DNA from: Candidatus Hydrogenedentota bacterium
GTDB taxonomy: Bacteria > Hydrogenedentota > Hydrogenedentia > Hydrogenedentales > JAEUWI01
Length of the DNA stretch: 64,000 nt
Reading direction: 5' to 3'
NCBI GenBank assembly: GCA_034669905.1
Contig: JAXMOL010000003.1
Coordinates: 128,001-192,000, forward strand
Both the position numbers and the translations under genes were made by a program. The notes below the pieces were generated by a model, which was not told the origin of the DNA, did not search any database, and was given only the letters and a program-made list of their open reading frames with translations. Positions 9,029 to 18,858 of the stretch are shown one piece after another; position 1 is the first letter of the stretch; each line of letters opens with the position of its first letter.

Positions 9029-12000
9029 ATGACGACCATCTTTTCCTGGCTTCGAATTCACTGGAAAAAAGTCCTGGTGTTTTCATTGAAGTTGGTGTTT
9101 ATTGTTTCCCTGTTTGTCCTCCTGTTTCGCCCGGAGACCTTCGGCCTTCCAGCAGACTTGTTTCGCGACATTACGCCACAACAGCTCTGGCATGATCTGA
9201 AGGCCATTGATCCCGGGACGGCTGCCGTCTGGTTCGGCTTTGCCGTGGCCGTAAAGCTGGGCGGTATCTTCGCGGGGGTCATGCGTTGGCGTATTCTGCT
9301 TCGCGCACAGGGCGTACACATCCCGTTCTGGTACCTGACGAAATGCTGGTTCTGGGGGCGGGCCATCGGGCTGTTTCTTCCGGGAACCCTGGGGCTCGAT
9401 GGGTATCGATTGGTGGAATCCGCACGCTATACCGGGGAGCCCATCAAGTGCGCCACGGTGATTGGCGTGGAGAAACTCACGGGGATTATCGCACTTTTTT
9501 CCCTGGTCTTTTTGACCCTGCCCCTGGGACTCCGACTCTTTCCCATCAACCTGGCCCTGCTCGCGGTGGTGCTGCTTATTCTGGCTGGGTTTATCGGAAC
9601 CAGCCTGCTGCTGTTGCTCCAGCCTCGTGTCATTCAGGTGTTCATGGCTTCCTTGCCGTTGCCCGGTGCCGTGCACGAAAAGGTCAACAAGTTGGGCATT
9701 GCGGCCACGGCCTACAGTGCCCATCGGGGAGCCCTCTTTAAGGCGCTGTTTTTCGGGCTGTGTGTACACCTGGGCATTTGCCTCATGTATTTCGGCACCG
9801 CCTCGGCCATCCGCGCAGAGAATACCGGCATCCTGGAAATCCTCTTTGCGAGCCCCCTGCTTATCGTGGGCTCGGTCTTTGCCCCCACGGTCAGTGGCGT
9901 TGGCGTGCGGGAAGTGGTGATGACCACCCTGCTGGGCGGCGTCTCCAGCGGCTCCCAGGCCCTCCTCTTTGGCCACCTGGGCCTCTGGTTCGGGGAAGTG
10001 ATTCCCTTTCTCCTCAGCACGCCCCTCCTGCTCCTGACGGGCCGTCCGAAGCGGGAAGACCTCGAGGAAGAGATGGCGGTCGTGCGCGAGAAAATCGGGA
10101 CAGGCGAAGAGGCCGCCCTCCATCTGGACGCCGATGAACTGGCTTTCTATCGCCGTAAGGTCTTCGGAACCCTGACGGCGGGTACCCTGGCGGGATTTGT
10201 GGCCGGTGCTTTCATCGGGCTGGTGGAAGCGGAATGGATTGAGACCACGCTGGGTAATCTTTCTGAGACCGGCATTTTTACCTGGTCGGTGCTTGCCTAT
10301 GGACTTATCTTTGGCGCGGTCGGAAAAGGCGTGGCCTTCGGGCTGCTCTTTATGTACCTGCTCACCAACCGCTTCGCCGCGGTATGGTGGAACTATGGCC
10401 TCGCCTTCGGGGGGACGACCATTATAGGCGGTTTGGTCATTGGCCTGTTCCGCTTGCGGCGGGATGTCTACGATGGCCATATGCCGGATACGGCCGGCTT
10501 GTTGCAGTTGGGGCTGCTGGTGGGCTCGATAGCGGTCCTGGGGGGCCTCCTGTTGCTCTTTGGGGCACGCAGCGTGGCGCGACGCTCCGGTGAGAGTCGG
10601 CGGGTCCTGTGCGCCGCAGGGGTGGCCGTTTACGGGCTTTTCGTCGGGCTCGGGGTGCTGCTCGGTATCATTCACGAGACGGCTCAGCCCGTGCCCACCG
10701 ATGGCGTGGCCATCACCACGTCGTCTGGTCCAAATCTTATCCTCATTGCCGTGGATACCCTGCGCGCCGACTATCTCCCGGCCTACAATCCCGATATCGA
10801 AACGAAGACCCCCCATCTGGATGCTTTCCTGAACGACGCCATTCGCTTTGAGAAGGGCTATTCCCAGGCTTCGTGGACGAAGGCGTCCTTTGGGTCGATT
10901 TTTTCCGGCATGTATCCCGAGTGCCACACGGCGGTGACCAAGACGGCCAGCCTGCCCGAAGATGTGGAAACGGTGGCCGAGCTATTGCGGGGTGGGGGCT
11001 ATTACACCCAGGGCTATGCGAATAACCCGAACATCACCTCGGTCTTTGGTTACGACCAGGGCTTCGATACCTACGTGGACATGAAGAAGGCCATCCATTT
11101 CGGGGCGACCCCCTCGGCGGCCCGCCTTTCCATGTATGAAGTGCTGGTCAAGGTGCGGGAGATAGTCAACACCCGCCTCGGTCGGGCCATTGAGGTGACC
11201 GACTATTACCAGCCTGCCACGGTGGTGAAAGAAACCGTGCTCGCGTGGCTCGACAGTGACCGGTTTCCCATGGCACGGCCCTTCTTTCTCTTTACCCACT
11301 TCATGGACCCCCACGACCCCTTTATGGACCCGGAAGCGCCGGGTGGCGGTTACGGCCGGAAGCGCATGGGCAATCCGGATCCGGAATTGCACCTCGAGGG
11401 GATGCAGCGGGCCTATCGGGGAGAGATCGAGTATCTGGACCAGGAGTTAGGGGCCTTCTTCGAGGGGCTCAAGACCCGGGGTATCTACGACGACGCAGTG
11501 ATTATCCTGACGGCCGACCACGGGGAGGAGTTCCACGAGCATGGCGGGTGGTGGCACGGCCAGACCCTTTATGAAGAACAGACCCACGTGCCCTTTATCA
11601 TCAAGTTGCCGGGGAACGCCCAGGGAGGCACGGTGAACCCCCATTTCGCCCGTAACCTGGATATTGCCCCCACCTTGCTGCATTTCGCCGGCGTGGAGAA
11701 GGGGAAGATGATGCAGGGACAGGCGCTCTTTGATGCGTCGGGCGCGGCGACCAATCACGACATCGGGTATAGCTACGCCGAGAACAATTTCGAGGGTATC
11801 GTGCTTCAGGCGCTCCGTAGTGTCAGCCACAAACTGATTCGTGCCAATGAGGGCAACAAGCGGAACCTCGCCCCCCTGGAGCTCTATCGTATGGACACCG
11901 ACCCGCAGGAGCAGACGAACGTGGTCGGGGAGTCGGCAGAGGCGCCGGTGGTGGACCTGTTAAACCAGGCGATCGACGACTACCTCAAGATCTGCGAAGA

Positions 12001-12082
12001 AAACGCCGTAGAGCCCGCGGCACCGGCCATGATGGATGCCGAAACAGCCGGACAACTCGAGTCCCTGGGGTACCTGGAATAA
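9029..12082 (+). CDS. fusion of a lysylphosphatidylglycerol-synthase-like (flippase-like) TM domain and a sulfatase/alkaline-phosphatase superfamily domain
   Basis: RWRILL...FLPGTLGLDGYR...SGVGVRE in the N-half; NLILIAVDTLRAD, ASWTKAS, HFMDPHDP, TADHGEEF..HG and terminal LESLGYLE in the C-half. Confidence 0.8.
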   Translation: MTTIFSWLRIHWKKVLVFSLKLVFIVSLFVLLFRPETFGLPADLFRDITPQQLWHDLKAIDPGTAAVWFGFAVAVKLGGIFAGVMRWRILLRAQGVHIPFWYLTKCWFWGRAIGLFLPGTLGLDGYRLVESARYTGEPIKCATVIGVEKLTGIIALFSLVFLTLPLGLRLFPINLALLAVVLLILAGFIGTSLLLLLQPRVIQVFMASLPLPGAVHEKVNKLGIAATAYSAHRGALFKALFFGLCVHLGICLMYFGTASAIRAENTGILEILFASPLLIVGSVFAPTVSGVGVREVVMTTLLGGVSSGSQALLFGHLGLWFGEVIPFLLSTPLLLLTGRPKREDLEEEMAVVREKIGTGEEAALHLDADELAFYRRKVFGTLTAGTLAGFVAGAFIGLVEAEWIETTLGNLSETGIFTWSVLAYGLIFGAVGKGVAFGLLFMYLLTNRFAAVWWNYGLAFGGTTIIGGLVIGLFRLRRDVYDGHMPDTAGLLQLGLLVGSIAVLGGLLLLFGARSVARRSGESRRVLCAAGVAVYGLFVGLGVLLGIIHETAQPVPTDGVAITTSSGPNLILIAVDTLRADYLPAYNPDIETKTPHLDAFLNDAIRFEKGYSQASWTKASFGSIFSGMYPECHTAVTKTASLPEDVETVAELLRGGGYYTQGYANNPNITSVFGYDQGFDTYVDMKKAIHFGATPSAARLSMYEVLVKVREIVNTRLGRAIEVTDYYQPATVVKETVLAWLDSDRFPMARPFFLFTHFMDPHDPFMDPEAPGGGYGRKRMGNPDPELHLEGMQRAYRGEIEYLDQELGAFFEGLKTRGIYDDAVIILTADHGEEFHEHGGWWHGQTLYEEQTHVPFIIKLPGNAQGGTVNPHFARNLDIAPTLLHFAGVEKGKMMQGQALFDASGAATNHDIGYSYAENNFEGIVLQALRSVSHKLIRANEGNKRNLAPLELYRMDTDPQEQTNVVGESAEAPVVDLLNQAIDDYLKICEENAVEPAAPAMMDAETAGQLESLGYLE

Positions 12083-12119
12083 AAAAACGGTGGCCTCCCG
12101 CTCGTCGGGAGGCCACCGT
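12081..12119 (-). terminator. intrinsic terminator between convergent genes
   Basis: 14-bp stem acggtggcctcccg/cgggaggccaccgt with an A7 run (U-tract on the minus strand). Confidence 0.8.
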
Positions 12120-12132
12120 AGTATTCAGGGAA

Positions 12133-13620
12133 TTACTTGAGCAGCTTGCCGCTCGAGGACATGATGCCGGACATGACGCGCTCAAAGGCTTCGGCATCGG
12201 CGCACGCCGAAATGGCTTCCGACCGTTCCACGATGTCATTCTTGTAGAGTTCCACCGCGTATTGGTCGAAGGACTTCATCTCGCTGTCCTGCTCCATAAT
12301 GCCGTGGAGTTTGTCGAGATCGCCTTCTTCGATAGCGTCACGCACGATGGGCCGTCCACCGATGAGCACTTCCACGCAGGGGATACGTCCGCCACCTTTG
12401 CGCTTGAGCAAACGCTGGCAAACCACCGCCATGAGCGTGTAGGCCACCTCCTGCCGCACCAGGTCGCGTTCGCTCGGCGGGAAATAACTGATAATACGGT
12501 TGACCGTGTCAATCGCCGTCGTGGTGTGGAGCGTGCTGAATACCATGTGGCCCGTTTCGGCCGCACTCAGGCCGGCGCGAATCGTATCCACGTCGCGCAT
12601 TTCCCCCACCAGAATCACATCGGGGTCTTCACGCAAGGCACCGCGCAAGGCGTTGGCGAAGGAGAAGGTGTCCCGGCCCACCATGCGCTGGGAGATGATG
12701 CTCTTCTTATCCGTGTATACGAATTCGATGGGATCCTCGGTCGTGATAATGTGGGTCTGGCGATTTTCATTGATGAAATCCACCATGGCCGCCAGGGTCG
12801 TCGATTTGCCACTACCCGTAATGCCGCAGACCAGGAAAAGTCCCCGGTGCTTCCAGCACATGTCTTCCACCACCTTCGGCAGGTCCAGTTTATTGAGCGG
12901 GATGGGCGCCTCCGGGATCAGTCGGATGGCCAGGGCCATGGCGCCGGTCTTAATGTAGCCGGAACAACGGAGGTAGCCCACGCCGGCGGCGTGGTACTGG
13001 AAGCTCGACTCTTTCTCCGTCTGGAGCAGATTGAGCTCCGCCTCACCACCCAATTCCAGGATGATGCGCCGCATATCGTCGGCGGAGACGATGCTGTAGT
13101 CCATGGCCGTGAGGTCGCCATCCAAACGAATGTAGGGGCGGTTACCGGCACGAAGGTGCAAATCCGATGCACCAATCTTTTCCATGGTCTCGATCAACAT
13201 GTTGATGTTGAAATCGGATTTAACGAAGGACTCGGGCGTAAGCGTCCACGTCATCGAGCGAAGACTCTCGACAATAAACGCTTCGACGACCGTATCAATG
13301 GGTGCCAGGCGCGGGGTCTGGGTCAACTCGAAGGGGGGTACAGTGATATTGCACTTGCCCTCTTTCAGATCGACACGACACTGGATTCGTGTCTCCTCCA
13401 CCTTGGCTTTGATATCTTCCAGGGTGGTGCCTTCTTTTACCTCAAACTTAATTTGCAGGTTATCAACCCGCTTGGTCATGTCCGGGGCCTTGACCGACAT
13501 GACGGCGATATCGGTCTTGAACGTGAGGGCCGTGGGCATGCCCATTTCGCGGACCAGAGACTCGAGGCCGATTTTGAATACGTCAAAGACTGTACTGTCC
13601 GTTTTACTACCAATGAACAT
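12133..13620 (-). CDS. PilT/PilU family ATPase with ~135-aa N-terminal extension
   Basis: GASDLHL, GITGSGKSTTLAA, TTEDPIEF, ALREDPDVILVGEMRD, AAETGHMVFSTLHT. Confidence 0.88.
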   Translation of the reverse strand: MFIGSKTDSTVFDVFKIGLESLVREMGMPTALTFKTDIAVMSVKAPDMTKRVDNLQIKFEVKEGTTLEDIKAKVEETRIQCRVDLKEGKCNITVPPFELTQTPRLAPIDTVVEAFIVESLRSMTWTLTPESFVKSDFNINMLIETMEKIGASDLHLRAGNRPYIRLDGDLTAMDYSIVSADDMRRIILELGGEAELNLLQTEKESSFQYHAAGVGYLRCSGYIKTGAMALAIRLIPEAPIPLNKLDLPKVVEDMCWKHRGLFLVCGITGSGKSTTLAAMVDFINENRQTHIITTEDPIEFVYTDKKSIISQRMVGRDTFSFANALRGALREDPDVILVGEMRDVDTIRAGLSAAETGHMVFSTLHTTTAIDTVNRIISYFPPSERDLVRQEVAYTLMAVVCQRLLKRKGGGRIPCVEVLIGGRPIVRDAIEEGDLDKLHGIMEQDSEMKSFDQYAVELYKNDIVERSEAISACADAEAFERVMSGIMSSSGKLLK

Positions 13621-13797
13621 CGTGGACCTTTCAAATAGACCGGCTTTCGCACGGGGGGTACCTCAGCGGATGGGAAAAGAAGTCTAGCATGGGATCTGTA
13701 AAGCAATCAAAGCGTGGAACCGTGTGGCTTTAGGCTAAACTGAGAAATGTGCTATCATGACAACGAATTACTTCGGGAGTTTTTGAAAGGAATGGGT

Positions 13798-14547
13798 ATG
13801 AAACGAATGTTATTGGGAATCGGGATTCTGGCCATTGGGGGAGGGAGCGCACTGGTGGCCCCGGTGTCGGGGGCAGGTGCGAACGCAGCCGGGGTGCCCG
13901 CCGGCGACTCGGCAGTACCTTGGCGCATTGCACAATACAGCAAGACTCCCGGTGGTTATCCGGCTGCCATTCACAGCGGGTGGCCCGGGTTGCCTTTTCC
14001 CCGGGTGGATGCGGCCCTCTTCTGGTCCGCCGAGAAGTCGTACCTCTTCTACAACGATTCGTATGCCCGCTATGACAACCGGACCGACAGCTTTGACGCC
14101 GGGTACCCGCGAAAGATCCGGGAGGGTTGGAAAGGCGTTCATTTTGATCGGATCGATGCGGCGGTGAAGTGGCCCAACGGTAAGACCTACTTTTTCCGGG
14201 GAAACCAGTATATCCGCTACGACGAAAGGTTGGAGTGCGCTGATCCGGGCTATCCGAAGTACATCAATGATGCGACATGGCCGGGGCTGAGCTTTGACCG
14301 GATTGACGCCGCCATGCATTGGCCTTCGGGCAAGACCTATTTCTTTCGTGGTGGCCAATATGTGCGCTATGACATGAAGGCCGATCGGGCTGATCCGGGC
14401 TATCCGGCGAGTCTTTCCTCGTATTGGCCCGGTGTTCGATTCGGTTCGCTGGATGCGGCGATGGAATGGGGAAGCAGCGCGAAGTCGTTTCTGATTAGCG
14501 ACATCTATTACCAGCGTTGGGACAGCCAGGCGGGCCGTGCGGACTGA
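13798..14547 (+). CDS. secreted hemopexin-repeat protein
   Basis: signal peptide MKRMLLGIGIL...; four repeats of the (R/S)(I/V/L)DAA..W..GK(T/S)Y(F/L)F....Y.R(Y/W)D type with GYP motifs. Confidence 0.85.
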   Translation: MKRMLLGIGILAIGGGSALVAPVSGAGANAAGVPAGDSAVPWRIAQYSKTPGGYPAAIHSGWPGLPFPRVDAALFWSAEKSYLFYNDSYARYDNRTDSFDAGYPRKIREGWKGVHFDRIDAAVKWPNGKTYFFRGNQYIRYDERLECADPGYPKYINDATWPGLSFDRIDAAMHWPSGKTYFFRGGQYVRYDMKADRADPGYPASLSSYWPGVRFGSLDAAMEWGSSAKSFLISDIYYQRWDSQAGRAD

Positions 14548-14569
14548 CGCAGATACAACGTAACGATGC

Positions 14570-14618
14570 AAAAAAACGGGCGGCTTCGCAAGAGAGTGCG
14601 AAGCCGCCCGATGGTTTT
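14570..14618. terminator. bidirectional intrinsic terminator
   Basis: 14-bp stem cgggcggcttcgca/tgcgaagccgcccg flanked by an A-run and a T-run, between convergent genes. Confidence 0.8.
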
Positions 14619-14628
14619 CCGGGGAGGC

Positions 14629-16323
14629 TTAGAGTTTTACGATGATGTTACGTTTATACATATAGTGGGCCATGGCGTATACCAACCCAAAGTATACGAC
14701 GAAGGAGCCCAGTACCAGGGTGCCACTCGTCGTGTTCTTCAGCCCGAAATCGTCAATCACATTGCTCAGCATTTCCAGGGTGAGCGACTGGAAGATGTAG
14801 ATGAACAAGGGGTTCAGGCCAATCACCATCATGCCCGGAACGTTAAGCTTGAGCACATCACACAGGACGTAAAAGAGCAAGAGGTGGAAGAGGCACAGCG
14901 CCGTCGCCCAGAAGGGGAAGGGCAGGGTATGGTAGTTCTTCGAGAAGACCCAGGCGTTGGCCAGGCGGGGTGCCGTCTCAGGGGCCTTCGCTGCCAACAC
15001 GGTCAACTCGTCTTTCATGAGGGTCGTAAAGGTGCCCAGATCGCGTTTTGCCAGTGCGGCCTCCGCTTCGGGGTTGCCGTTGGCAATGGAAGAAAAGAAG
15101 CCGGGACTCTTGCCGACGATGGTGTTCACCTGCTCAGGTCCGCTTTTCAAATAGGGCAACGCCTGGGCGACAACCGTCAATCGCTCGCTTCTAAGCTGCT
15201 GGAAGGTTTCTAAATCTTTGGCTTCCAGGGCCTCTTCCGCCGCGGGAATGCCTTTGGCGATCGCCGTAAAGATCGGAGGGATCTTGTCCATTTTTCGTTG
15301 GATGACCGTCGTCTTTCCCTGGCTCAATTGCTCGATAGCCCGGAGCTCGCGGGACTGGTCATTCAGGAACTTGGCAAAAGCGGCCATGTCGCCACTCTCC
15401 AGTGCCTTTGCCGCGCTTTCCTTGCTGGAGGCCACAGCCGCAAATATTTCCGGGTTGGCTTCAATGTGACGCTTGAGGGGGCCGTAGGGCTCGTCCAGCA
15501 AGCGGGCCGCCGCATACGGTTCGGCCTTGTCGAAGTAGGCCTGGGTGCCGAGGTAGCGCGCGCCCCAACCGGCAATGGTCAGGATTACGCCAAAGCCGAC
15601 GAGTCCGGTGACAATCTTCTTGCGATCCTGGGTGGCCATGATGTCATAGGCGATGGTGCCGAAGATCAACATGAAGGCCCAACTCCAGTGACCAATCAAC
15701 GCGCCATTGATGGGCACATTCAAGAGGTCGCCGCGCAAGGGGATAAACATGGTGATTGCGGGCCAGTCCAGTTCCCGGCCGTATTTCCCAAGCCGGAGCA
15801 TCAGTTCGCCGTAGCTGGTGTAGGAGAAAATGAGCTGGTAGGCCACGACCAATCCGAGGGCGTAGGCGATACGTATGGACCATTTCTTATCCACAATGAG
15901 CAGGGCCACCAGGCCAGCCAGGCCGATGTTCATCAGGGCGTCCCAGAGCCAGCCGGTATAGATGGCGAAGGCGATGAGCACGAGGGTAAAGTAGCGCTTC
16001 CCCATGGCCTTTCGTGCCGTGGACGGATCGACGAACTGTACGCGGCGGGTCCAGGAGAGACGCATGCCAATGCCCACGACGAACATGAAGATGGGGGCAA
16101 TAGTATCGGCGTAGGTCATGAATTCATTGTGGTGGTGAAGTTGCTGATGGAAGATGAAGTCGAGGGTGCTCTTCAGAAAGCCATCGTTCAACTCTTCCAC
16201 CCAAGCGGTCTTGTAGTGGCCGAAGAAATTGACGAGAAGCATGCCAAAGATGGCGTAGCCCCGGAACTGGTCCAGGGAGGCGATACGGTCGGCTGTAGGT
16301 ACAGCGGCATTCTTGGTGGACAT
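14629..16323 (-). CDS. heparan-alpha-glucosaminide N-acetyltransferase-like membrane protein with a soluble repeat insertion
   Basis: RIASLDQFRGYAIFGMLLVN, ADTIAPIFMFVVG, GLNPLFIY, C-terminal YKRNIIVKL. Confidence 0.75.
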   Translation of the reverse strand: MSTKNAAVPTADRIASLDQFRGYAIFGMLLVNFFGHYKTAWVEELNDGFLKSTLDFIFHQQLHHHNEFMTYADTIAPIFMFVVGIGMRLSWTRRVQFVDPSTARKAMGKRYFTLVLIAFAIYTGWLWDALMNIGLAGLVALLIVDKKWSIRIAYALGLVVAYQLIFSYTSYGELMLRLGKYGRELDWPAITMFIPLRGDLLNVPINGALIGHWSWAFMLIFGTIAYDIMATQDRKKIVTGLVGFGVILTIAGWGARYLGTQAYFDKAEPYAAARLLDEPYGPLKRHIEANPEIFAAVASSKESAAKALESGDMAAFAKFLNDQSRELRAIEQLSQGKTTVIQRKMDKIPPIFTAIAKGIPAAEEALEAKDLETFQQLRSERLTVVAQALPYLKSGPEQVNTIVGKSPGFFSSIANGNPEAEAALAKRDLGTFTTLMKDELTVLAAKAPETAPRLANAWVFSKNYHTLPFPFWATALCLFHLLLFYVLCDVLKLNVPGMMVIGLNPLFIYIFQSLTLEMLSNVIDDFGLKNTTSGTLVLGSFVVYFGLVYAMAHYMYKRNIIVKL

Positions 16324-16475
16324 GGAAAACTACTCCAAGGTTAAGTGAAGGAGCTTAAAAGCATAGCATGGCAAACGGCACCAGGTAAAACGGGCTACGT
16401 GTCCCGGAGGTCACAAAAATGGCGCACGATCATCCGAGCGTGCGCCAAGGGGTGCTATGGGACTGTCTTGGGGTG

Positions 16476-17846
16476 CTAGCTCAGGGACCAGCCCTGGCGA
16501 TAGGGACGTCGAATCAGCCGTTCCGCTTCGGGCAGGTTCTTTGCCGTCATGTTTTGGGCATCCCACTCGATTTTTTTACCGACGCGATAGGCCACATTGC
16601 CGAGGTGATTGGCTTCGGTGAGCCACCCGGCATATTCAAAGTTACAGGTGGTAGGCTCACCTGTCTTACAGGCATGAATCCACTCGGCGTAGTGGCCCTT
16701 CGATTTGGGGATGAAGGGCTCCGGCGCTTCGAAGTCCGCAAAGTCTGCCTCCGGGAGGAGCATGTGTTTTCCGTAGTCGGCGAGGAGCATCCCCTTGTCG
16801 CCCACGAAAAGGACGCCGCTGCCCCACTGGGGAATGGCCTTTTCCTTCCACAAGTCGGGCTTGTGGGTGCCCTGGTACCAGGTAAGGTTCAGGGGCGCAC
16901 GATCACCGCGGGCACCATAGGTGTAGCGGGCTTCCATGGAGGCAGGGGCCACTTCGGCATTGGCCGGAGGGCCGGACGCTTCAATGGTGAGGGGGTGGTC
17001 CAAATCGAGGGCCCAGAAGGGCAGGTCGATCCAGTGGCTGCCCAGATCCGACATGGTGCCATTGCCAAAGTCCCACCACCGATACCACTTGGGGCCGGGC
17101 ACGTAGAGGTTGCTGAAGGCCCGCTCGGGCGCCGGTCCCAGCCAGAGGTCCCAGTCGAGTCCTTCGGGGATCGGGTCGGCCTTGGTCGGGCGATCCTGAA
17201 CGAAGACAATATCCTTGGCGGCCTTGGAAGCCGCTTCGTTTTCGTGCCAGCCCCAGGCACGGCCTACCCACACGTGGACATCAGAGACGGTGCCGATGGC
17301 GCCAGACTGGACGAGCTCAACGACCCGACGGTAATTGTCGCCCGCGTGAATCTGGGTGCCCATCTGGGTGGCAACGCCTGCTTTGTTGGCCGCCTCACGG
17401 ATAACCCGCGCCTCGTAGACACTGTGGGTGAGGGGCTTCTCGCAATAGACGTGTTTTCCCAACTGGAGCGCCGGAAGGGTCGCGAAGGTGTGGGTGTGCT
17501 CGCAGGTACTGACGACGACGGCATCGAATTCATCGGCGTGGTCGTAGAGCTTGCGAAAATCCCGGACGGTGCGGGCCTTGGGAAACTTGGCTGCTGCGCT
17601 ATCCAGGTTGGCCTGGCTGACATCGCACAGGGCCACAATGTTTTCGGATTTCACACCGTTCAGGTTTGCACCGCCCCGACCGCCTGATCCGATGATGGCG
17701 ATATTCAGCTTTTCGTTAAGATTCTGTCCCCGCACGATGGCAGGCGCCGCGAAGGTCGTCGCTGCCGCCGTGGCGGAAGCCTGTAGAAAGCGACGCCGCG
17801 AAACGGCGCCTTTTCCCGAATGCGGTATAGCAGTTTTTTTGGTCAT
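16476..17846 (-). CDS. Tat-exported Gfo/Idh/MocA family oxidoreductase
   Basis: SRRRFL Tat motif, [34 protein letters not shown]. Confidence 0.9.
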   Translation of the reverse strand: MTKKTAIPHSGKGAVSRRRFLQASATAAATTFAAPAIVRGQNLNEKLNIAIIGSGGRGGANLNGVKSENIVALCDVSQANLDSAAAKFPKARTVRDFRKLYDHADEFDAVVVSTCEHTHTFATLPALQLGKHVYCEKPLTHSVYEARVIREAANKAGVATQMGTQIHAGDNYRRVVELVQSGAIGTVSDVHVWVGRAWGWHENEAASKAAKDIVFVQDRPTKADPIPEGLDWDLWLGPAPERAFSNLYVPGPKWYRWWDFGNGTMSDLGSHWIDLPFWALDLDHPLTIEASGPPANAEVAPASMEARYTYGARGDRAPLNLTWYQGTHKPDLWKEKAIPQWGSGVLFVGDKGMLLADYGKHMLLPEADFADFEAPEPFIPKSKGHYAEWIHACKTGEPTTCNFEYAGWLTEANHLGNVAYRVGKKIEWDAQNMTAKNLPEAERLIRRPYRQGWSLS

Positions 17847-17889
17847 AATAGAGTTATCCCTCGTTTCGTAGCACCATTGCTATGGGGAC

Positions 17890-18858
17890 TCAGTCTACGC
17901 CGAGCTCGGGCGTGGCCGCAAGCAGAGAATCGGCGCGGGCTGGCGTGGTGGAAGTGGGAAGCCTTGCATTGTCCACCAGCACGCCCCGATTCCGCAGGTG
18001 TTGTGCAGCTTCTGGCCGTCCCAGGAGCTCTAGGGCCAGGGCGCCATCGCGGAGCAAGTGGTGATCGCGGGTATCCGGATCCGGCCCCCAGCGTCGCTGA
18101 AGTTCCTCCAGGGCGGCCCTCGCATCACGATGTTGCCCCGCCACATCCTGCTCTCGGGCGTGTACCTGGGCGCGGAGCAGCAACCAGGAGCTTTTCCATC
18201 GCGTGGATTGCAGGCGCGCCTCAATTTCCGTGCGGGCTGCATCCAGTTGGTGGGCATCAATCAGGGCGCGGACCCAGGCGCGGTGCAGGACGACGCTCGG
18301 GTTGCGGTTGCGGGCTGCGGCCAGGGCGTTCACCCGCTCGTCATATCGCCCCAGCTGGGCCAGGCACTCGGCTTCTGCGAGGAACCAGTCTACTTCCGGG
18401 CGGGTGGATTCCAATGCATCAGTCCAGCGCCGCCGCGCAGCCTCCCACCGCTGCGTGTTCTCGTAAATCCGGGCAAGCAGGGCATAGTAGGGGGCCTTTC
18501 GGTCGACCGATGGAGCGTTCGCCAGCCCGCGCTGTGCGACGTGTTCTGCTTCGGCGAGCTTGCCCTGCGTCAAGAGGGCGGCGGCAAGGCCACTGAGTGC
18601 CGCCCCATAGTTGGGCTGGAGGGCCAGGGCGGCGTTGAAGTCATCGACTGCAGGGGTGGGATTTCCCGCGTAGCTGTGTTCGAAGGCCCGGGCGGTCAAT
18701 AAGCGGGCCGTAACACCGCCCGCTTCCATGCGGTGGGTCAGTGCATGGATGACGTCACCGGGGTTGTCGTGTGCGAAGACGGGCAGCGCGACGGTGATCA
18801 CGATAACGCCCCGCAGGAAGATGCGCGACCATCGTCTATGAAGCATGATCTCGTTCAC
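17890..18858 (-). CDS. exported tetratricopeptide-repeat protein
   Basis: signal-like N-terminus, helical repeats (AVDDFNAALALQPNYGAALSGLA); overlaps the upstream gene stop by 4 nt. Confidence 0.7.
   Translation of the reverse strand: MNEIMLHRRWSRIFLRGVIVITVALPVFAHDNPGDVIHALTHRMEAGGVTARLLTARAFEHSYAGNPTPAVDDFNAALALQPNYGAALSGLAAALLTQGKLAEAEHVAQRGLANAPSVDRKAPYYALLARIYENTQRWEAARRRWTDALESTRPEVDWFLAEAECLAQLGRYDERVNALAAARNRNPSVVLHRAWVRALIDAHQLDAARTEIEARLQSTRWKSSWLLLRAQVHAREQDVAGQHRDARAALEELQRRWGPDPDTRDHHLLRDGALALELLGRPEAAQHLRNRGVLVDNARLPTSTTPARADSLLAATPELGVD

Noticed and set aside
15887..15895. Perfect DnaA box TTATCCACA
   Set aside because: Single copy inside a coding sequence; compatible with chance
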